A DNA stretch of 39,129 bases, taken from Octopus bimaculoides. Taxonomy: Eukaryota. Where the stretch lies: assembly GCF_001194135.2 (NCBI RefSeq), contig NC_068996.1, forward strand, positions 53,136,767-53,175,895, given 5' to 3'. The translations under genes were made by a program, and so were the position numbers. The notes below the pieces were generated by a model that searched no databases, was not told the origin of the DNA, and saw only the letters and a list, made by a program, of their open reading frames with translations. Positions 31,820 through 39,129 of the stretch are shown here, one piece after another (the stretch's first letter is position 1; every line of letters begins with the position of its first letter).

Positions 31820-32913
31820 TCATCATCATCATCATCGTTTAACGTCTGCCTTCCATGCTAGCATGGGTTGGACGATTTGACTGAGGACTGGTGAAACCGG
31901 ATGGCAACACCAGGCTCCAATCTGATTTGGCAGAGTTTCTACAGCTGGATGCCCTTCCTAACGCCAACCACTCAGAGAGTGTAGTGGGTGNNNNNNNNNN
32001 NNNNNNNNNNNNNNNNNNNNNNNNNNNNNNNNNNNNNNNNNNNNNNNNNNNNNNNNNNNNNNNNNNNNNNNNNNNNNNNNNNNNNNNNNNNNNNNNNNNN
32101 NNNNNNNNNNNNNNNNNNNNNNNNNNNNNNNNNNNNNNNNNNNNNNNNNNNNNNNNNNNNNNNNNNNNNNNNNNNNNNNNNNNNNNNNNNNNNNNNNNNN
32201 NNNNNNNNNNNNNNNNNNNNNNNNNNNNNNNNNNNNNNNNNNNNNNNNNNNNNNNNNNNNNNNNNNNNNNNNNNNNNNNNNNNNNNNNNNNNNNNNNNNN
32301 NNNNNNNNNNNNNNNNNNNNNNNNNNNNNNNNNNNNNNNNNNNNNNNNNNNNNNNNNNNNNNNNNNNNNNNNNNNNNNNNNNNNNNNNNNNNNNNNNNNN
32401 NNNNNNNNNNNNNNNNNNNNNNNNNNNNNNNNNNNNNNNNNNNNNNNNNNNNNNNNNNNNNNNNNNNNNNNNNNNNNNNNNNNNNNNNNNNNNNNNNNNN
32501 NNNNNNNNNNNNNNNNNNNNNNNNNNNNNNNNNNNNNNNNNNNNNNNNNNNNNNNNNNNNNNNNNNNNNNNNNNNNNNNNNNNNNNNNNNNNNNNNNNNN
32601 NNNNNNNNNNNNNNNNNNNNNNNNNNNNNNNNNNNNNNNNNNNNNNNNNNNNNNNNNNNNNNNNNNNNNNNNNNNNNNNNNNNNNNNNNNNNNNNNNNNN
32701 NNNNNNGCACAAGAGCCAGCCCAGGGGCACCAGCAACGATCCCGCTCGGAAGATTTCATGTGTCGCCCGCACATGAGCCAATCCAGGGGCACTGGCAACG
32801 ATCCCGCTCGAAAGACTTCATGTGTCGCCCGCACATGAGCCAGTCCAGGGGCACTGGCAACGATCCCGTCTCGCTCAAGGCATTTCATGTGTCACCCGCA
32901 CAAGAGCCAGCCC
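31820..32913 (-). mobile_element. Family D element spanning a gap; the far side is a 62-bp tandem array
   Basis: 31820-31990 is the family D tail. 32707-32913 has units starting at 32707, 32769, 32831 and 32898. Continuity across the gap is inferred. Confidence 0.6.
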
Positions 32914-32924
32914 AAAAATAATAA

Positions 32925-33480
32925 TAATAATAATGATAACAAAAGATAAATACTGTCACACCATACATCCAGACGGAGGACATAACACAAACAAGGAATC
33001 TTCTCCAGGCTATTGCACTACTTGTTGAGGAGTACAACTTAAGAGAACAAAAAATGGTGGAGCAAAAGAACCATGGTGGAAACAACGCATTGAAAGGGGC
33101 ATAATGCGGGCAAGGCAAGATCTAGGAAAACTTGAGCAATGGTTAAGAGGAAACTAGAAAATCCTGTCAGATCATTGTTGTAGCCATACCAAATGACATG
33201 AATGTTGTGAGTAAAGAGGTTGAAAAAATCACGAAGTACTTCGAATTGAAAGCAGAAATGGTAAGACTGCATGGAATGCGAGAGGGTAATGAAAAAGTGA
33301 TACCAGTGGTGATTGGAGCATTGGGCTCAATCCCATTGAAACTTCAAAACTTCTTAAGACAATTGGAAATCCCATGCAAGGTTGATGTCTTGCAAATAGC
33401 AGCCTTATTGGGCACAGCGCACATCTTAAGGAAACTATTATCTGTCTGAAGTCCTTGTGACTTGATAGATGACTAAAGAC
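32925..33480 (+). mobile_element. Internally deleted R4/Dong-like element
   Basis: An N-terminal-type motif EPWWKQRIERGIMRARQDLGKLEQW is joined directly to the RLE C-terminus IIVVAIPNDMNVVSKEVEKITKYFELK...VIPVVIGALGSIP...ALLGTAHILRKLL*. Confidence 0.8.
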
Positions 33481-33604
33481 ATGCGCACGCACGNNNNNNN
33501 NNNNNNNNNNNNNNNNNNNNNNNNNNNNNNNNNNNNNNNNNNNNNNNNNNNNNNNNNNNNNNNNNNNNNNNNNNNNNNNNNNNNNNNNNNNNNNNNNNNN
33601 NNNN

Positions 33605-33640
<36 letters not shown>

Positions 33641-34084
33641 CATGTATATCTATTATATTTTACTTGTTTTTCAGTAACTGGAATGCTGCCAAGCAGGAGC
33701 ACTGCCTTGCTATACTCATTGGCGACTCTCACCTTACTGACTGCAAACCTGTACATGACTTGTACACTTCTCACTAACCATTATCTATCCCTAGCTTCTG
33801 CATTGCCCACCATTAAAGCAGTGGGGCAGAGATTTCCAGTATAGGTAGTGGGGTAGAAATGGGTGGACGCATCTCATATAAGGAAAGGCAGTAAGATTGC
33901 TCCTTTCTGAAATAGAGACAGAGGGAGAACATAGAAATCAGGGAGAAAAGATTCATGCCCTTTGCATACCACTGGCACTAATGAGGTTGCTGTGTAGTTC
34001 ACAAGACATCAATCTCAACAGAGATAGACAGTGGTGATGAGGTTTCCAGGTGGCGCCTCAGGTAGCAGGAGTAGTAATACTTGG

Positions 34085-35532
34085 GGAAGTATAAGTATGT
34101 CATCGTTCAGTTTTCTTTCAAGATTTCTTGCCAATAGAGAAAGAACCGGTTTCTAACCTAGATTCAAGGCTCCTTCATTGGATTTTCAACATCAACAACA
34201 GGGTATTTTTGTATGTATATATGTAGATTTGTATGTTTTGTTTTATGTCTTCACGTGCTTATATTTGCATTTCTAGATATGTGCATACATATTTAAATGC
34301 TAAACTTCTGGAAAGTTTTACAAATTTTTACTGTTCCACTGATGGATTGGATCTGTAGTCTTTGAATTAGCTTTCTCCTTTCTGGTTTTTAGAAGCCTAA
34401 TTTCTCGAGATTGGTATTTAGGCAATGTGTTACATATCTCAAGGTCCCAATAATTACAGGTATAAACCTGAATTTGTAATCTAGATAGAGTAACTGCAGA
34501 TTTCTCAATAGTTCAGCATAGATGTTCTCATTTTCTGCTTTATCTTAACATCTGCTGAACAACTGATTTCCACAACTGTGCACAGTTTCTCTTCTCTATC
34601 CCAAATCATTATATCAGGTCTATTGTGCTTACATTTTATTGAGGTCTTCACTGGTACATTACACCAGTATTCCTTTTTATTATGAGTGGCTATCGCTTCC
34701 ACTATACTGTGGGTTATTATTTTTTTGTCCTTGGGGTTATCCTTTTGGTGGATCTCATTATGCAGTGTCCTAGCTACAACATCCTGTCTGATCAGTAGAT
34801 AATACCGTGATGGCATTTTCGGACAACTGCTTATGATGTGAGTGATATCTTCGGTGTTAACTCCACAAAGTCTGCATCGGTTGTCACATTTTGCTGCTTT
34901 TACTACATCTCTGTTCCTTGATTGCAAACATATACCCTTCAAAGTGGGAGGTAGTTATCCGATTACTGGTCCATGATAGACTGCTTTGATGATCGATGTT
35001 ACTATCATCTTGGAGCTTTCTATTGACATATCCATGCATAGTCTTCTGCTCATACACACTCATCCTTTCATCTGATGATACATTTAAGGTTATCAGACAA
35101 GGAATGTTGCTTAAGGAACTGCCTTCCAAGTCTTATGTTATCAGCTTTATATATGCAAACTTTGTCAAGGGATGTACTTTGACACTTGTTGGTTAAAAGA
35201 TGTTGCCAGAGGGATATGATACAACATTCAAAGGTATTTTGGATCAATGTTAGGCCTCTGCCACCTTGTTTTCATTTAAGGTAGAGGCGGTCTACATCAC
35301 TGTTGATGTGGAAATTATGTGTGCTTGTTAGTATCTTCCAGGTTTTCATATCAATGGCTCAGATCTTATCAAGTGTCCAATCAAGCAGCCCAAATGTTGG
35401 TATGAGTACTGGCATTGCAAACACATTGCGGGTCACTATTTTATTGAATGTTGGGAGTTCTGAGGTCCACACTTTCTTTATTCGGCTGTAATATTCTTTA
35501 GTGATATGTGTTTTGTTACAGGTGCCATTGTA

Positions 35533-35535
<3 letters not shown>
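34085..35535 (-). mobile_element. 5'-truncated RLE-type (R4/Dong-group) LINE
   Basis: KEYYSRIKKVWTSEL, HINSDVDRLYLK..GGRGL, CRLCGVNTEDITHIISSCP (CCHC), HNRPDIMIWDREEKLCTVVEISC (PD..E nuclease), FIPVIIGTL, then a 3' UTR. Confidence 0.9.
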
Positions 35536-35574
<39 letters not shown>

Positions 35575-36099
35575 CAGCTGTGTAGATGTTTATTGTGTCA
35601 GAAAAGTTGTGTTTGCAATAAGACATTTGTATTGATTCACTTGGAATAACTTGGAATGTTATCAGTAAATTTATTGATTTAACAACATCAAGAAGTAAAG
35701 AGTCTTTACTAAGTTGTATTTAATAAATGATTTAAGTCAATAGAAAGCAGAAATATATATTTGTTCTTCAAACATATTTGACTTCTTTTATCATTTTATA
35801 TTGATCTTAGTCATTGGACTGCATTAATGTTGTTGACCATCTCAAACAGTTTACAATAACATCAACAATAGTTACAATACCCTGAAACAAACGTTGCTAT
35901 CTCTTCATGGTGCTGTTTTTCTAATTCTCTAACCCCAAGTCAAACTTTGTTGAATAAACCTATGGTTAAATATGTTTCATCCACATTTGTCTTTTTATTG
36001 GGTTTTTTTTAGTATATTTTTGGATATATGAAAAACTACATTAGATTATATTGTGCCACATACGCTATACCTAATTATCAGGAAAACAGGCGGAACACT

Positions 36100-37437
36100 A
36101 ATCCTTTCAGGTAAATGGATTGGTTCCATATGTAGACAAGGTGTAGGTAGATTTTCCATATGGTGTACTCAGTGCAAACTAGAGCCACATAAGAGGTGTG
36201 ATGAAATCAATGCAAGGTTAACAGAGAATGTGGAATTTGTCTTTGTCAGATGTGCAGGAGCAATAAATGATAAGAGCACACAGGAAATAGATGTTCTGAA
36301 GTGCCGAGGAGAAGTAGATATTTTCTGTAATCTAAGTGAGGAGGGTGCTCTGAAAGTATAGCTGCTAGAATACTAATTGGCTGGAGAACGTTTAGATAAC
36401 TTTTACTTCTGTTGGTAATGAAAGGCCACTCTCTCAGAATTAAAGGCAGATTGTATGATGCTTGTGTAATGAAGAGCAAAGCTACATGTCTGTGATACTT
36501 GGGCTGAGAATGCAGAGAACATGCGAAAGCTTGAAAGACATGAAACAAGTATGTGCTAGTGGATGTGCAATGTCAGCGTACTTAGAGAAAAATAAGGCAT
36601 AAGAGACATCAGATGCAGTTTGCTGGAGAGAAGACTGCACTGGTGTGGTCATGTGATGCAAATAGATGAGGACAGTTGTATAAAGAAGTGCTGATCATTA
36701 AACATGGAAGGAATTTGTGGAAGAGGAAGACAGAGGAAGATAGATAAAGTGGTGCAAACTGACCTCAAAATGTTGAGCCTCTCAGAGGAGATTTAAGGCT
36801 GAGATGAGTAATGTTGTGCTGTGCTTGAGAAGACCCATCCATCTCAGTAGAACTGAGGGTCTGTCAAGCCGTCCCCTATAACTCGTTTTCTGTTTTCTTC
36901 ACTTTCTGCTACACTGAACTGATATCCTCTGCATCCAACTCATTCCCTGTTTCAAATCATCTCTCACACTATTTTCACTCTGTACACTTACCTACACATC
37001 CACCTTTTCCCCTCTTTTATCCTAATCTGTCCCATATTCATGTTGTACCTGGACCTCACATATCTTTCTCTCTCTCTCTCTCTCTCATTTTCCAGGTAGG
37101 CAAGCCATGTATTCACCACTTCAGTAAGACACCAGCCCCTCTCCCTGTTATTCCTCCAGTCTATACCCTGCTCACTCGAGTGGTGGGGTCTTACCTTGCA
37201 AATACTTGGTGACCTCAATGGTGCTGGTACCACATAAAAAGCACTCAGTGCACTCTGGTCAAGTGGTTGACATTAAGAAGGGCATCTGGCTGCAGAAACC
37301 ATGCCAAAGAAGACACAGAAGATGGTGGAGACCTCTGGCTCATCCGTTCTTGTTCAACTATCCAACCCATGCCAATATGGGAAAAGAGATATTAAATAAT
37401 GATGATGATGATCATGATGATGATGACGACTATGACG
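36100..37437 (+). mobile_element. 5'-truncated decayed RTE LINE including its 3' UTR and (GAT)n tail
   Basis: SICRQGVGRFSIWCTQCKLEPHKRC..INARLTE (RTE Cys-rich insert), DTWAENAENMRKLERHE, then a UTR ending aagggcatctggctgcagaaac...ccaacccatgccaatatgg...(gat)n. Confidence 0.85.
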
Positions 37438-38019
37438 ACAGCACAGCCACCACCACTGCCACCTTGACTGGAATGTCTATGATCATTGGTCTGCAAGTCC
37501 ACTACTGATTTGCACAACTTATCAATGGTTTTCTAATGAAATTCCAAGTTGCTGAAATCACTTTTACTTACATCAACAGAACCTTTATATAATTATGACA
37601 TTGAGGCTTTTGCTTAATATTTGATAGACCATGTGCTTTTTTTCATATAGCACTTTGTTAGAAAAATAGTCATTCAGCCATTTTTATACATGTACAATGT
37701 CTATATTCCTTGATCAAATGAGCCTTGAGAAGATTATATTTCACTTATGAGGTTTAATAAGACAGAAACGTTCATAGTTGTCTCCCTTGTCTATGAGTGA
37801 AGATCAGATTTTCCTCAAAATATGAAAATTGAATTTTATGTAAAATTAGTTCTTAATTTCTTGGACATGTTTCCCCCTTCTTTGAGAGCTGATCACAGAT
37901 ACCATCAGGTTTTTGATTACTTTCTTCAACTAAATTTCAATCTGTTAAGAATTTATGGTATATATTTAGTGAATCATGAAAATTACATTAAATCTACAAG
38001 GTAATATCGAAAAGTTCCT

Positions 38020-38645
38020 AGACTAATTATGATCAATAAAAACAATAACTCATTTACCTAAGTTTTAACATCATCTCCTTTGAAATAGTCACCTTGCACA
38101 ACAATACACCGGTCCCAGCATTCCTGCCACTTTTGGAATCTGGCCTGGAAGTCATTTTCCATTTGAGGACCTTCTATAGTTTGCTCGTTGACCTTTGAGC
38201 TTAACTTCATCTTGGGAAAGAGATAGAAATTCTACAGGTGCTACATCTGGCAAATTGGGTGGGTGAGGAAGTGATACCATGTTGTTTTTGGTGAGAAACT
38301 CACAAATGAGGAGAGCTTGGTGATAGAGTGCATTGTCAGTGTGAAGAATCTAATTCATCACAGATGTTAGGATTTCCTGCACAGATCCATATGACAAACA
38401 AACAACACCAGCAATATCATTGATTGTCCTCTGACGATCTCATACACAAGATGATGAATTTTCTCCACATTTCCAAGGGTGATGTTCATGGCAGGTCTTC
38501 CAGAGATATTCTTCCACATTTGAAGTGCCCATGCCACTTGAAACATTGAATACAACCCATTGCCTCATCACCATGAGCTTGCCAAAACATGCTCAATGTC
38601 TTTGTAGCAGACTTCCCAAGTTTAACACAAAATTTCATGTATAAC
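38020..38645 (-). mobile_element. Internally deleted mariner transposase remnant
   Basis: MKFCVKLGKSATKT...FKWHGHFKCGRISLED, GRPA, LHTDNALYHQ, LPHPPNLPDVAP (YSPDLAP motif), FQKWQECWDRCIVVQGDYFKGD. Confidence 0.85.
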
Positions 38646-38725
38646 CGTTATATTATGAATGTATAACCTCCTTGTTAACACTCTTAATTAACATCAACAA
38701 TTTATTACCCTAGCTTAGCCTAATA

Positions 38726-38850
38726 CAGTTCTATATTTAAGAGATGAGGAATTATGTACAGTATTTACATTAGACAGATATTTGCCATCATCTTGTTTGT
38801 TGCTAACACATCGTTTTGGCTGATATACCTTCCAGCCTTCACCAGTGACC
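38726..38850 (-). mobile_element. 5'-truncated solo copy of the hammerhead SINE
   Basis: Same 3' terminus as 6814 (cagttctatatttaagagatgaggaat). The hammerhead core has decayed (CTGGTGA, AAAAC). Confidence 0.8.
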
Positions 38851-38852
38851 CA

Positions 38853-38906
<54 letters not shown>

Positions 38907-39129
38907 AATAATTAATTCATTTTATTGGCCACAAGGGCTAATATCAATTAAAAACATATAAGGACAAAGACAGGACGAAGGTTACAAAAGGTTTTGTCCG
39001 AAAAGGTAGGAAAGTTCATCTAAACAGAGGAAGAAAACGGAGAAAGATATAATAAATAAATAGATAAATAAATAGATAAATAAATAAGTAGAACTCCCAA
39101 AGGGGGAGGCGCTTCGAAAAAGGAAAGGT

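Noticed and set aside
34141-34190. Hammerhead-like fold in the RLE LINE 3' UTR (- strand: CCAATGAAGGAGCCT..AGGTTAGAAACCGGTT)
   Set aside because: The core reads CCAAUGA rather than CUGAUGA, so essential U4/G5 are missing, and stem I is poor. It is at best a relic.
25391-39129. Next PEPM exon (expected GFKGIWGSGLS...GVRDSNEASW)
   Set aside because: I did not find it by eye. Near matches at about 28218 (GFKIF) and about 35227 (FKGIL) lie inside LINE fragments. It probably lies downstream of the window.
38912-39129. Possible 3' end of a minus-strand LINE (cccttgtggccaataaa + (ATT)n)
   Set aside because: It is truncated by the window edge and has no coding evidence to classify it.

Overview
AT-rich eukaryotic draft-assembly sequence with 8 N-gaps. 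The repeat content and the gene suggest an octopus or other coleoid cephalopod (inferred, not verified). The one host gene I can support is a + strand phosphoenolpyruvate phosphomutase (PEP mutase, phosphonate biosynthesis). It shows two clear exons: 13554-13621 (AFKGAFLNGSRWLHSSQEPNKVK, mitochondrial-presequence-like) and 25294-25390 ([33 protein letters not shown], near-identical to the Mytilus enzyme N-terminus as I recall it). A candidate upstream exon lies near 2.4-2.55 kb, and the catalytic exons appear to lie beyond the window. The rest is intronic and packed with SINEs, decayed RTE, R4/Dong-like, I/Jockey-like and Penelope retroelement fragments, mariner derivatives, MITEs and satellites. 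The most unusual non-coding signal is a tRNA-headed SINE-like element carrying a Penelope-type minimal hammerhead ribozyme. It is inserted twice as a head-to-head inverted duplication whose second arm lacks the 3' tail. Nearly all ORFs in the supplied track are spurious. All calls were made by eye, without database searches.
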